A DNA stretch of 64,000 bases, from assembly GCA_028280845.1 (NCBI GenBank), contig JANQKZ010000006.1, forward strand, positions 135,512-199,511, read 5' to 3'. Position 1 is the first letter of the stretch, and the number at the start of each line of letters is the position of its first letter. The notes below the pieces were generated by a model. That model worked only from the letters and a program-made list of their open reading frames with translations. It searched no databases and had not been told where the DNA came from. Positions 44,268 through 52,909 of the stretch are shown here, piece by piece. This stretch comes from Opitutales bacterium. GTDB taxonomy: Bacteria > Verrucomicrobiota > Verrucomicrobiia > Opitutales > JABSRG01. The position numbers and the translations under genes were made by a program.

Positions 44268-44457
44268 GGTCGGAGAGCCTGAGCCGGATGACAGCCCCCA
44301 TTCACGATCGACGAGCGATCATTTTCAACCAGAGGGAAAACCACTCTAGCCCTGGCAAGTGAGGCCCTATCTCCGCCTCTTTTCGCTTTACCTAAGCTCT
44401 TGAAAACCGAATGCTTACGGGAAGATCTCTCCGCTCCCTACAGAATAATATCTCTCG

Positions 44458-47271
44458 GTGCCCCGCCTATTCACCATCTGCCACCGCTATGCGATGCCTA
44501 TTATTGGGCTCGTCCTCGCCTTAACCTTCTGGGCGAGCACTCAGGTCGCCAACCTCGAAATTGAGGTCAGTAGCGATGCCCTCTTAAGCAAGGACAGTGG
44601 CCTGATCCGCGAATACGAAATCATTCGTTCGCAATTTGGGTCCGATCAGGTGGTTGGGATTTATATCCGGGACGATTCCCTCTTTGCCCCAGAGACACTG
44701 AGAAGCCTGGCCGAGCTCAACCGGAAGTTGAATCGGATGGGCAAGATTCAACGGGTAGAAAGCCTCTTCAGTGTCCCCAGCATCCACCGGTCTGAAATTG
44801 GGCTGGAGACCGGCCCGCTTCTCAAGCAGGACGCCATCCCGGACGATCAAACCTATCTCGATTCCCGGCGGGCGATGGCTCTGGAGAATCCACTCTTTGT
44901 GCGCCGGGTCATTTCCAGAGATGGAAATGCCACCATGATTACGCTCTTTATCAAAGAGCGAGAATCTGAAGCCCTTACCCAGGGTCAGTATTTTTCCCAC
45001 CTTCATCAGGAAGTGGAGCAAGTCCTTGAAGAACATGTGGACGATTTCGATGCCCTGTTCCAAGTAGGGTCGCCGGCGGTGCAACATTCCATTGCCCAGT
45101 TTATCGTCGATGACCAGAAAGTCCTGCTCCCCATCGCCGCCGTTCTGCTCGTCGTCCTGATCGGGATATCGATGCAGAGTATTCCGGGGGCGATCATCCC
45201 GATTCTCAATGCAGTGTTGGCCAGTTCCCTGGTCCTCGGCCTCATGGCCGGCCTGGGAGTCCCCCTGAACATGCTGAACAGTATCGTTCCGGCCATGCTC
45301 CTGATTATCGGCGCCACGGAAGATGTGCATTTCCTCTCCGAGTATCGAGATGCCATTAATGAAGGTTTAGACCGTCGCCAGGCAGTCAAACAGACAGGGG
45401 TCAAAATTGGGCTCACCCTCGTGCTGACGGGCATTACGACCACCTTGGGCTTTGCCTCCACAGCCGTAGCCGATCTGGATATTCTACGTGAGTTTGGTAT
45501 CACCGCCGGTCTCGCCATGTTCATCCGGCTATTGCTTTCCATTGCCTTTCTCCCTGCCCTGCTCCGATTTATCCGCATCAAGCCATCGCGCAAGCCAGGA
45601 GGAAAGCAAAGGGCCACCCGCGGGTTACAGCGTTACTCAGACAGTTATGCCTCTTTTGCCCTGAATACGCTGCTTGATCACAAGGTCATGATTATCGGTA
45701 TCATGGCGGTCATCACGATCCCCTCCCTGTTTCTGGGGCGCACCATTCATGTGGGCAATGACCTCACCGGCTTTCTCCAGGACCGGTCCCCCATCATTCA
45801 GCATCTGAATCAGGCCGGGCGTGAGCTCAGCGGATCCAAGGTTATCTTTCTCACGATCCACAACGAACCGGGTTCCTTCAAGGAACCTGCCAATCTGCAT
45901 ATGCTGGCGGCGATCCGGAATCGACTCGAAGAATCGGGGCGGTTCGATTCCGTGACCGCCCTTTCTGATCACATCTCCCTGCTCAACCAGGAATTCAAAT
46001 CCGGGGAAGCGGCCGACTTTCAAATCCCGGATGATCCGGCCCTGATTGCTCAGTACCTGCTCTTCCTGAGCCCCGGATCACTCCAACCCTACGTCAGTGG
46101 TGACTTTGGGAAGGCCAACATTGTCTTGCGCAGCAGTATAGACGACAGCCGTGAATTCAGCCAGGTGTACCAACAAATCAGATACAGATTGGGCACCGGG
46201 GAATTTGGAGATCTTAATTTTTCCCTCACCGGAAAATCTATCCTAGTCGCCGAAGCCGTGGATGAAATCGTTAAAAGCCAGGTGGCTAGCCTTGGAGTCG
46301 TCATCGTCATGCTACTCCTTATCGTGGCCACCCTGTTCGTCTCCTGGAGAGCCAGCCTGCTTGCCGTTCTCGCCAATCTTTTCCCGGTCGTCATCCTCTT
46401 CGGTGTGATGGGCTTGCTCAAAATACCTCTCAATGTCGGCACCTGCATGGTGGCGGCCATTACCGTGGGGATCGCAGTCGATGACACCCTTCACCTCATG
46501 GTTCGCTACAACCGGGAACTGAAATCCACAAAGGACGAACTCAAGGCACTTCATTCTGCCCTGGCGGCTGAGTTCCAGCCTGTGATGACGACCAGCCTGG
46601 GGCTGGCCATCGGTTTCCTCGTCTTATCTTTTTCCAGTTTTATTCCGATCCGACAATTCGGCCTGCTCAGCGCCATGGTGATCATGCTCGCCGTAGTAGC
46701 AGACTTAATCCTCACCCCCGTCCTCCTCTCCACGACCCGCCTCATCACGATCTGGGATATGATTGGACTCAAAGTCCGAAACGCCCTGCTCGAACGCTCC
46801 CCTCTCTTTGAAGGCATGAAGCCCTGGCAAGCCAAGAAGCTCATACTGACAGCTACCATTCAGGAATATCAGCGGGGCGACTACATCATCCATCAGGGCG
46901 AAGAGGGATCGACCATGTATGTCGTAATCGACGGGAAGTTAAGTGTCGAACGAGGCAAGGGCCAAACCCGTTCGCACCTCGCCGTCCTTACCGTGGGCGA
47001 CGCCCTGGGTGAAGTTGCCCTGGTTTCAAAGTCAAAACGCACCGCTGATGTCATCGCCAAAACCCACACCAAGGTTCTCGCCCTGGATTGGGATTCCCTC
47101 CTCAGCCTCCAGCGGTTTGCCCCCTATTTATCCTCCCGCCTCTTCCTGAACCTGTCTCGTATCATGGGAGATCGGATGGTCAGTTCACTCGGCCAATTGG
47201 ATACGGCTGCACCATTCCTTCCCAAAAGCGAAGAGTCACTCGGTCGGGGTCAGAAAAACGTCGAAGAGTAG
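44458..47271 (+). CDS. MMPL/RND-superfamily transporter fused to a C-terminal cyclic-nucleotide-binding domain
   Basis: Two 6-TM MMPL halves with large periplasmic loops. The C-terminal 150 aa or so, …IQEYQRGDYIIHQGEEGSTMYVVIDGKLSV…LTVGDALGEVALVSKSKRTADVIA…, carry the cNMP-binding signature (GE-x-AL...R-[ST]-A). Confidence 0.8.
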   Translation: MPRLFTICHRYAMPIIGLVLALTFWASTQVANLEIEVSSDALLSKDSGLIREYEIIRSQFGSDQVVGIYIRDDSLFAPETLRSLAELNRKLNRMGKIQRVESLFSVPSIHRSEIGLETGPLLKQDAIPDDQTYLDSRRAMALENPLFVRRVISRDGNATMITLFIKERESEALTQGQYFSHLHQEVEQVLEEHVDDFDALFQVGSPAVQHSIAQFIVDDQKVLLPIAAVLLVVLIGISMQSIPGAIIPILNAVLASSLVLGLMAGLGVPLNMLNSIVPAMLLIIGATEDVHFLSEYRDAINEGLDRRQAVKQTGVKIGLTLVLTGITTTLGFASTAVADLDILREFGITAGLAMFIRLLLSIAFLPALLRFIRIKPSRKPGGKQRATRGLQRYSDSYASFALNTLLDHKVMIIGIMAVITIPSLFLGRTIHVGNDLTGFLQDRSPIIQHLNQAGRELSGSKVIFLTIHNEPGSFKEPANLHMLAAIRNRLEESGRFDSVTALSDHISLLNQEFKSGEAADFQIPDDPALIAQYLLFLSPGSLQPYVSGDFGKANIVLRSSIDDSREFSQVYQQIRYRLGTGEFGDLNFSLTGKSILVAEAVDEIVKSQVASLGVVIVMLLLIVATLFVSWRASLLAVLANLFPVVILFGVMGLLKIPLNVGTCMVAAITVGIAVDDTLHLMVRYNRELKSTKDELKALHSALAAEFQPVMTTSLGLAIGFLVLSFSSFIPIRQFGLLSAMVIMLAVVADLILTPVLLSTTRLITIWDMIGLKVRNALLERSPLFEGMKPWQAKKLILTATIQEYQRGDYIIHQGEEGSTMYVVIDGKLSVERGKGQTRSHLAVLTVGDALGEVALVSKSKRTADVIAKTHTKVLALDWDSLLSLQRFAPYLSSRLFLNLSRIMGDRMVSSLGQLDTAAPFLPKSEESLGRGQKNVEE

Positions 47272-47365
47272 ATCTGTTTAGGCTTTCCAAACTGGAATAA
47301 ACCGTCTAACACCTTCAGCTCTGACAACTGACTAATCCTAAAACGAACCAACCTAAACGAACACC

Positions 47366-47827
47366 ATGGCTACTAATGGTAAATCTCCGGCACCAAAGAA
47401 AAAGGTCGCCGCTAAGAAAAAAACCGCCGCCAAGAAAGCTCCGGCCAAAAAAGTTGCTGCTAAAAAAGCTCCAGCGAAGAAGGCTCCCGCTAAAAAGGCT
47501 GCAGTAAAGAAAGCCGCAGCGAAGAAAGCCCCGGCTAAAAAAGCTGCCGCGAAGAAGAAAGCCACAGCTGCTTCCAAAACAACGATTGTCGCTCGCATCG
47601 ACACCGGCTTCGGCAACGAACTCTATGTCCGTGGCGAAGGTGGCGGTTTGAGCTGGGATGAAGGCATCCTGATGGAGTGCTCCGCGTCGGATGAGTGGAC
47701 CTGGTCCACTACTTCCGCAAAATCCGGAATCGTCTTCAAATTCTTGTTAAACGACCAAATCTGGTCCCTCGGCGAAGACCTCACCGTTCCGGCCGGCGGC
47801 ACTTCAGTCTCCACGCCGGATTTCTAG
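47366..47827 (+). CDS. Histone-H1-like Lys/Ala-repeat protein with C-terminal beta-rich (CBM20/48-like) domain
   Basis: Residues 10-66 or so are (A/P)KK(A/V)A repeats. The C-terminal segment TIVARIDTGFGNELYVRGEGGGLSWDEG...WTW...FKFLLNDQIWSLGEDL resembles a starch/glycogen-binding module. A strong terminator follows. Confidence 0.7.
   Translation: MATNGKSPAPKKKVAAKKKTAAKKAPAKKVAAKKAPAKKAPAKKAAVKKAAAKKAPAKKAAAKKKATAASKTTIVARIDTGFGNELYVRGEGGGLSWDEGILMECSASDEWTWSTTSAKSGIVFKFLLNDQIWSLGEDLTVPAGGTSVSTPDF
47393..47563 (+). repeat. Imperfect tandem 15-nt (5-codon) AKKAP/AKKAA coding repeats
   Basis: PKKKVAAKKKTAAKKAPAKKVAAKKAPAKKAPAKKAAVKKAAAKKAPAKKAAAKKKA. The nucleotide repeats gc(t/c)cc(g/a)gc(c/g)aa(a/g)aa(a/g) are visible. 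Confidence 0.8.
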
Positions 47828-47849
47828 TCCAATTATACCTCTTATTTTT

Positions 47850-47877
47850 AAAGGCGGCCTCCGGGCCGCCTTTTTTT
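47850..47877 (+). terminator. Rho-independent terminator
   Basis: aaaggcggcc-tccg-ggccgcc followed by T7. Confidence 0.85.
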
Positions 47878-47983
47878 GGGGCTATTCTTTGATATTCTCG
47901 TGCCACGCGCAAGCGCGGGTCCTACGGCCAATCCCGCGAAAGTATTTGATAATACACAGGCAGGGGTCACCTTGGAGACTACC

Positions 47984-49702
47984 ATGAAACTTTCTCCCTT
48001 CCTCCTCTGGGTTCTGTGTAGTATTTTTAACATTTCATCTTCAATGGCTGCAGATCGTATCACTGGAAAAATGTTTGCCACCCGCTCGGAGGTAGTGGCC
48101 CCCAACGCAATGGCGGCCACCAGCCACCCGCTCGCCACCCAGATCGCGCTCGATATCATGAAAAAGGGAGGCAGCGCAGTCGACGCCGCCATTGCAGCCA
48201 ACGCCGCCTTGACCCTCATGGAACCTACCAGCAACGGGATCGGAGGGGACCTCTTTGCAATTGTATGGGATCCTCAAACCCAACGGCTTCATGGGCTCAA
48301 TGCCAGTGGGCGATCGCCCATGGGGTTAACCAAAGACAAATTAAAAGAACTCGGATATGCTGAGGGCCTTCCCTTTATGGGGGTCCACTCCATATCCGTC
48401 CCGGGTTGTGTAGATGGATGGTTTGAATTGCATGATCAATTTGGAACCCTCCCCATGGCGGATGTGCTCGAACCCACCATTGATTATGCCAGGAACGGTC
48501 ATCCTGTAAGCGAGCTCATCGCTTATTACTGGGAACGCAGCCTGGCGAATCGGCGGGACCGGGATGATATGCCAGGTTTTGTTGAAACCTTCTCCATGCC
48601 CAACGGCGAAGCTCCCGCCAAAGGGGATATCTGGAAGAATCCGGCCCTGGCCAACACCCTGGAAACGATCGCCACCGGTGGCCGTGATGCATACTACCGT
48701 GGGCCTTTGACCAATGTTATGGTCGATTACCTGCAGGAACATGGATCCTTATTGAGCCGGGAAGATTTCGCCAGTCATGAGAGCAACTGGATCGATCCGG
48801 TCTCGACGAACTATCGCGGATGGGATGTCTGGGAAATTCCACCCAATGGACAAGGCATAGCAGCCCTCCAGATCCTGAATATTCTGGAAGGCTATGACCT
48901 GGCCTCCTATGGCTTTGGCAGTTTTGAGCATATTCACCTCTTTGTGGAAGCCAAGAAGCTGGCTTACGAGGATCGCGCCAAGTATTATGGAGATCCTGCC
49001 TTTTCCAAAATTCCAGTGAAGGAACTGATCTCCAAATCCTATGCGGATGAGCGCAGAAAATTGATTTCCATGGACCGCTCCACGCCCCGATACGATCCGG
49101 GTGTGCTGCAGCATGGCGACACAATCTACCTCGCGACCGCTGACCGAAATGGAATGATGGTATCCCTCATCCAAAGTCATTTTGCCGGCTTTGGCTCGGG
49201 CGTCACCATTCCAGAGTTGGGGTTTGGCTTTCAGAATCGTGGCGCTTCTTTTGTCATGGACGAAGGCCATGCCAATGAATACGCCCCCGGGAAACGCCCC
49301 TTCCACACCATCATCCCTTGCTTTGTTACCGAAAACGGAAAGCCACTGATCGCATTTGGCGTCATGGGAGGGGATATGCAGCCCCAGGGTCATGTCCAGA
49401 TCATCATCAACATGAAAGACTTTGGGATGAATTTGCAGGAAGCCGGCGATGCTCCTCGAATTCACCATGCCGGTTCCACTGATTTTTACGAGGATAACAG
49501 CACCATGGAAGACGGCGGAGAGGTAAACCTGGAATCCGGCTTTTCCCCCGAAGTCCGTCGCGAACTCGAGTTGAGGCGGCATCGATTGGAAGATGCAGTT
49601 GGCACCTACGGCGGGTACCAGGCCATCATGCGGGATCCGGAAACCGGAGTCTACTACGGCGCCTCCGAATCCCGCAAAGACGGCCAGGCCGCAGGATACT
49701 AG
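47984..49702 (+). CDS. ggt: Gamma-glutamyltransferase
   Basis: Signal peptide MKLSPFLLWVLCSIF. GGSAVDAAIAANAALTLMEPTSNGIGGDLF, autoprocessing site QHGD-TIYLATAD, and GVMGGDMQPQGHVQ. I prefer the ATG at 47984, because the track start at 47876 lies inside the upstream terminator. Confidence 0.9.
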   Translation: MKLSPFLLWVLCSIFNISSSMAADRITGKMFATRSEVVAPNAMAATSHPLATQIALDIMKKGGSAVDAAIAANAALTLMEPTSNGIGGDLFAIVWDPQTQRLHGLNASGRSPMGLTKDKLKELGYAEGLPFMGVHSISVPGCVDGWFELHDQFGTLPMADVLEPTIDYARNGHPVSELIAYYWERSLANRRDRDDMPGFVETFSMPNGEAPAKGDIWKNPALANTLETIATGGRDAYYRGPLTNVMVDYLQEHGSLLSREDFASHESNWIDPVSTNYRGWDVWEIPPNGQGIAALQILNILEGYDLASYGFGSFEHIHLFVEAKKLAYEDRAKYYGDPAFSKIPVKELISKSYADERRKLISMDRSTPRYDPGVLQHGDTIYLATADRNGMMVSLIQSHFAGFGSGVTIPELGFGFQNRGASFVMDEGHANEYAPGKRPFHTIIPCFVTENGKPLIAFGVMGGDMQPQGHVQIIINMKDFGMNLQEAGDAPRIHHAGSTDFYEDNSTMEDGGEVNLESGFSPEVRRELELRRHRLEDAVGTYGGYQAIMRDPETGVYYGASESRKDGQAAGY

Positions 49703-49826
49703 ATCAGACTGAAAGCTATTGAGGCCGGAAGCATCGTTCTCTCCTCGTAGCCGGAACCGTAATCGTTGTCACATTCGGCTGAAGGAGAGGAGGCAGCCGG
49801 AAGTTTCGAGCTCAAGCCCACGGCAT

Positions 49827-49903
49827 AAAAAAACCCTCGGCATTCGCTGAAACCGTGGGCGTATTGGCGTGCCACCCGAAGCTCCCCAGAGCGAAGGATG
49901 GCG
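49827..49903. repeat. 77-bp direct repeat, left copy (tRNA-Asp 3' tip + trailer)
   Basis: 74/77 identical to 52665..52741. The three differences are all C here versus T there. Confidence 0.9.
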
Positions 49904-49965
49904 CCCGTCGCCCTTACACTTTGCCGAGGCACGCATTCTTCTGACCAAGTGAAACTTGGAGAAAA

Positions 49966-49982
49966 ATGGCGGGATAGACGAG
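49966..49982. repeat. 17-nt duplicate of the tRNA-Asp 3' end (att-like remnant)
   Basis: atggcgggatagacgag is identical to 52736..52752, which covers the last 16 nt of tRNA-Asp plus 1 nt. Confidence 0.8.
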
Positions 49983-50175
49983 GCTTGAGACGCTCTACAC
50001 AAGATGATTTACGTCCGTAAAAGCAAAAAAGAGGAAGTCCTCACCAGCTAAAAAGGCGTTCCACGAATTCTGATTTCCCAACCTTTGATTGATAGGACAG
50101 GCACTGGAAGCGTGAAAGCAGGGCAAAGAAAAGATGAGTAACCATTCTCAAGCTTCTGAAAAAAGAGAGTAGTGG

Positions 50176-51249
50176 TTACCATCCTAAGCTGGCCTGAACT
50201 GAACCAAACTGGTGTCCGCCTTCCTGACCACCAAATTCATTGGTTCGAAAGGTTCGGGCATAAGTGACTGTAAATCGTTGATACCTTGCTCCAAAGCCGA
50301 TTATGGCTTCAGCGACAAGAGGCTTTGAACCGACGGCACCATCAAAATCGCGGAACCATGGACCGTCCAAAGTAATGTCATGAGCAACCGCTGTTCCACG
50401 TCCACCAGCTAAACCAAAAATCGACCAGGCCCCTGTGTTTGTTCGATCTCCGACAAAGAGTTCATGACTGTAACTTCCCAGTTGAATTCGGGGAGTCATA
50501 TACTGAATTGGAAGGTTCCAACCACCCCGAAATAGAAGTCCAGTAAAAGCATCAGTTCGAAAATTCCCTAAAGTCGCACCCCATTCCCAATAACCATCAA
50601 AATCAATCCCGCCAGCGGAAGTTTTCCCCAGATTAACCTTACTGTCAAAGTGGAGATTAATGGTGATTTCCTGAGGAACTTGTGAATCCCAACCCTGAAA
50701 TATTGGAGAACCACTAATGTGGGTATGAACATATTCTTGAGACTCTTCAGCTATGGACGCCTTTCCTGTTGTGCCAACCGAAAGCAGCATGGAAACCAGA
50801 GCTTTTTCATTTTTTGCATGAACAGAAAATTCCAGGCCAAGCCAACCTGCATAGGGTCGCTTCCCAGGGGGAGCAAAAAGTAGTTCATGATCTTCAGGAG
50901 TAAACATTAGTTGAGTCAGACCCACTCCCCAATCGTATTCGGTCTTGGAAGGTTGGACCTTCTGGGAGAAAAAAACGCCCACTGTATCATCTGCCTCTTT
51001 TCCAAGGTTTTTGAGAAAAGCCTGAAAGGCGTTCATGGTCTCCGGAGAGATTTGTTGAAGATATGCAACCCGAACCCCACTCGTGTAGTTCTGGTCTGAG
51101 CCTGTGAAAAGATCATTATCTAACTGAAACAGAAGATATCGCAGGCGTCTCTCTCCGGCTAGGTCCTGGGCAGGAGAAACTTGAAGAGTAGGAAATACTC
51201 CAAAAAAGAGTAAAATGAAGGTGAAGAAAACCTGTGTCCGACCTACCAC
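50176..51249 (-). CDS. LpxR-family (DUF2219) outer-membrane protein, putative lipid A 3-O-deacylase
   Basis: Signal peptide; LFQLDNDLFTGSDQNYTSGVRVAY, MFTPED...KRPYAGWL, QGWDSQVPQE and GATLGNFRTDAFTGLLFRGGW fit the DUF2219/LpxR pattern. Confidence 0.65.
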   Translation of the reverse strand: MVGRTQVFFTFILLFFGVFPTLQVSPAQDLAGERRLRYLLFQLDNDLFTGSDQNYTSGVRVAYLQQISPETMNAFQAFLKNLGKEADDTVGVFFSQKVQPSKTEYDWGVGLTQLMFTPEDHELLFAPPGKRPYAGWLGLEFSVHAKNEKALVSMLLSVGTTGKASIAEESQEYVHTHISGSPIFQGWDSQVPQEITINLHFDSKVNLGKTSAGGIDFDGYWEWGATLGNFRTDAFTGLLFRGGWNLPIQYMTPRIQLGSYSHELFVGDRTNTGAWSIFGLAGGRGTAVAHDITLDGPWFRDFDGAVGSKPLVAEAIIGFGARYQRFTVTYARTFRTNEFGGQEGGHQFGSVQASLGW

Positions 51250-51305
51250 ATAGTGATGGTTATTTCATGCCAGAACACCATGCAAGTTTAGGAGACAGAT
51301 TTTTC

Positions 51306-51881
51306 CTATTTGGGGAGGTCAATATGTAAGCTGCTAAGCAGGTAGTAGTAAGAAACCACCGCCAGAATGCCCAAGCCTATCGTAATTAAAATTTTCATTT
51401 TCATACCATGAGCATGATATTTCTCACGTTCGCGATGAGAAGTCACATCCATCATTTCATCACCGAAATAGATCGAGAGTAAAGTACCCGCCGCACTAAT
51501 AATCAGGATACTCCAATATGGATAGGGTTCAGTCAGAATCTTTTCCAAAAGAGAGGTCAAAAAAGTAAGACTATACGTTCCTCTGAACCTCCAAAGCATT
51601 GCCAGATTTATTCCAATGGCGATAAACCAAATAGCAACTTGGGTAAGTGCCATTTTGACCCCAAATAACAGTCGAAGCGGGAACGCTATGACAAACCCGC
51701 CATCAGCTATCGGGGTGCACAAAACGAAAAAACTCCACGTCAGAAGAGCCAACCCGAATCCAGTAGATGCATCATACTTCAAGGACATCCATATAAAATA
51801 GCCGACCAAGAGAACTATCAGTAAGAGGAACTTTAGAATAGTCTCTCTATGAGTGGGGTGCTGAAGGCTTAATTTACTCAC
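51306..51881 (-). CDS. Hypothetical integral membrane protein
   Basis: 191-aa ORF with about 5-6 hydrophobic helices. No family recognised. Confidence 0.5.
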   Translation of the reverse strand: MSKLSLQHPTHRETILKFLLLIVLLVGYFIWMSLKYDASTGFGLALLTWSFFVLCTPIADGGFVIAFPLRLLFGVKMALTQVAIWFIAIGINLAMLWRFRGTYSLTFLTSLLEKILTEPYPYWSILIISAAGTLLSIYFGDEMMDVTSHREREKYHAHGMKMKILITIGLGILAVVSYYYLLSSLHIDLPK

Positions 51882-52072
51882 GAAGCTCCTTTCATCGCAT
51901 GTTTTTATGGTCTAACAAGTCTTTATTACGTTTATCCTTTGGTCAAATATCGTGACCAAATTCAACGAGCTCAAGGCGTCGGAAAACATTCCTCCATCCA
52001 GGCTGATAGTCTAGTGGAAAAAGTGAAATGGGATGATGGAGACTGCAGCTCTCACTCATTTCTCGCAAGCGG

Positions 52073-52664
52073 TTATTTCCAGTAGTATTCCGCCTGGTCA
52101 CCGAGCTTGTAACCAATTTCCAATAAGCGATTATACTTTGAGATCCGCTCACTCCGAGATGCTGAACCCGTCTTTAAATGCCCACCATCCATGGCTACGG
52201 CAAAGTCTGTGAGACAACTACCTTCATTTTCTTCTGAGCGATGTGAAAGAAAATACCGCCAACGAGCTTTCCTGCACACTCTTACCGCTTCAATAGTCTC
52301 GGTAACAGTGCCTATTTGGTTTAAATTTAATGAGACGGGAGTTCGCAGTCCTGAGCTCGATTCCTTTGCGAATCTACTTTGTATTTGTAACAAAAATGTC
52401 ATCCCCAACAACTTCAATTTGATAACCGGAAGAAGTGTTAAATTTCGCAAATCCGTCCCAATCATCCTCTGACAACAGGTCTTCCCAAAGGATAATAGGA
52501 TACTGCTTTAACCAGTCCCCGGCTTTGGCAATGAGGTCATCGCTAGTCAAATTACCTTCACCTGACCATTTTAAATGATAGTTTCCGGGTGAGTCCGTAG
52601 CGATGGAATTCGCGGCACTGCGCAGTGGAGGCCGTTTTCGAGTCTGGGACAGGGCAGCAGGCAC
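52073..52664 (-). pseudogene. eno: Enolase pseudogene (5'-truncated, frameshifted)
   Basis: Two overlapping minus-strand ORFs in different frames together encode only the C-terminal 180 aa or so of enolase: ...QYPIILWEDLLSEDDWDGFAKFNTSSGYQIEVVGDDIFVTNTK / RFAKE...LNLNQIGTVTETIEAV...SHRSEENEGSCLTDFAVA...LKTGSASRSERISKYNRLLEI. The frame shifts near 52370-52385. The N-terminal 250 aa or so are absent, and conserved residues have degenerated (LIKxNQIGT has become LNLNQIGT; SGETED has become SEENEG). Confidence 0.75.
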
Positions 52665-52736
52665 AAAAAAACCCTCGGCATTCGCTGAAACCGTGGGTGT
52701 ATTGGCGTGCCATCCGAAGCTCCCTAGAGCGAAGGA

Positions 52737-52741
<5 letters not shown>
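52665..52741. repeat. 77-bp direct repeat, right copy (last 5 nt of tRNA-Asp + 72-nt trailer with terminator-like hairpin/T7 on the minus strand)
   Basis: 74/77 identical to 49827..49903. On the minus strand it ends cccacggtttcagcgaatgccgagggttttttt. Confidence 0.9.
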
Positions 52742-52814
<73 letters not shown>

Positions 52815-52909
52815 TGTGGTGTGAGAAAGAATGAGAACGTAGCATTCGGATTGCGGGAGTCAACAGGTATTTTAGGAAAAAGCCAGCCAATTAAAAACAG
52901 GGATTCGGG

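Larger units (their letters stand above)
49904..52664. mobile_element. Degraded tRNA-Asp-associated genomic islet (no integrase retained)
   Basis: About 2.8 kb lying between the 77-bp direct repeats, adjacent to the 3' end of tRNA-Asp. By eye it is more AT-rich than the flanks. It contains an extra 17-nt tRNA 3'-end copy, an enolase pseudogene, an LpxR-like OMP gene and a membrane-protein gene. Confidence 0.5.

Noticed and set aside
47353-47616. 87-aa Ala/Phe-rich ORF on the minus strand
   Set aside because: It is the mirror image of the AKKA repeat region of the histone-like gene (complement of GCN-AAR codons). It is an artefact of the repeat.
47876-47983. Upstream extension of ggt (track start 47876)
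   Set aside because: It starts inside the T-run of the preceding terminator. The signal peptide starts at the ATG at 47984.
49906-49965. Covariation between the two copies of the 77-bp repeat as evidence for a structured sRNA
   Set aside because: The three substitutions are all C/T on the same strand. The two I checked for pairing (in the gaagctcc stretch) would not maintain base pairing (A/A versus G/G on the minus strand). The sequence therefore gives no support for a conserved fold beyond the terminal hairpin.
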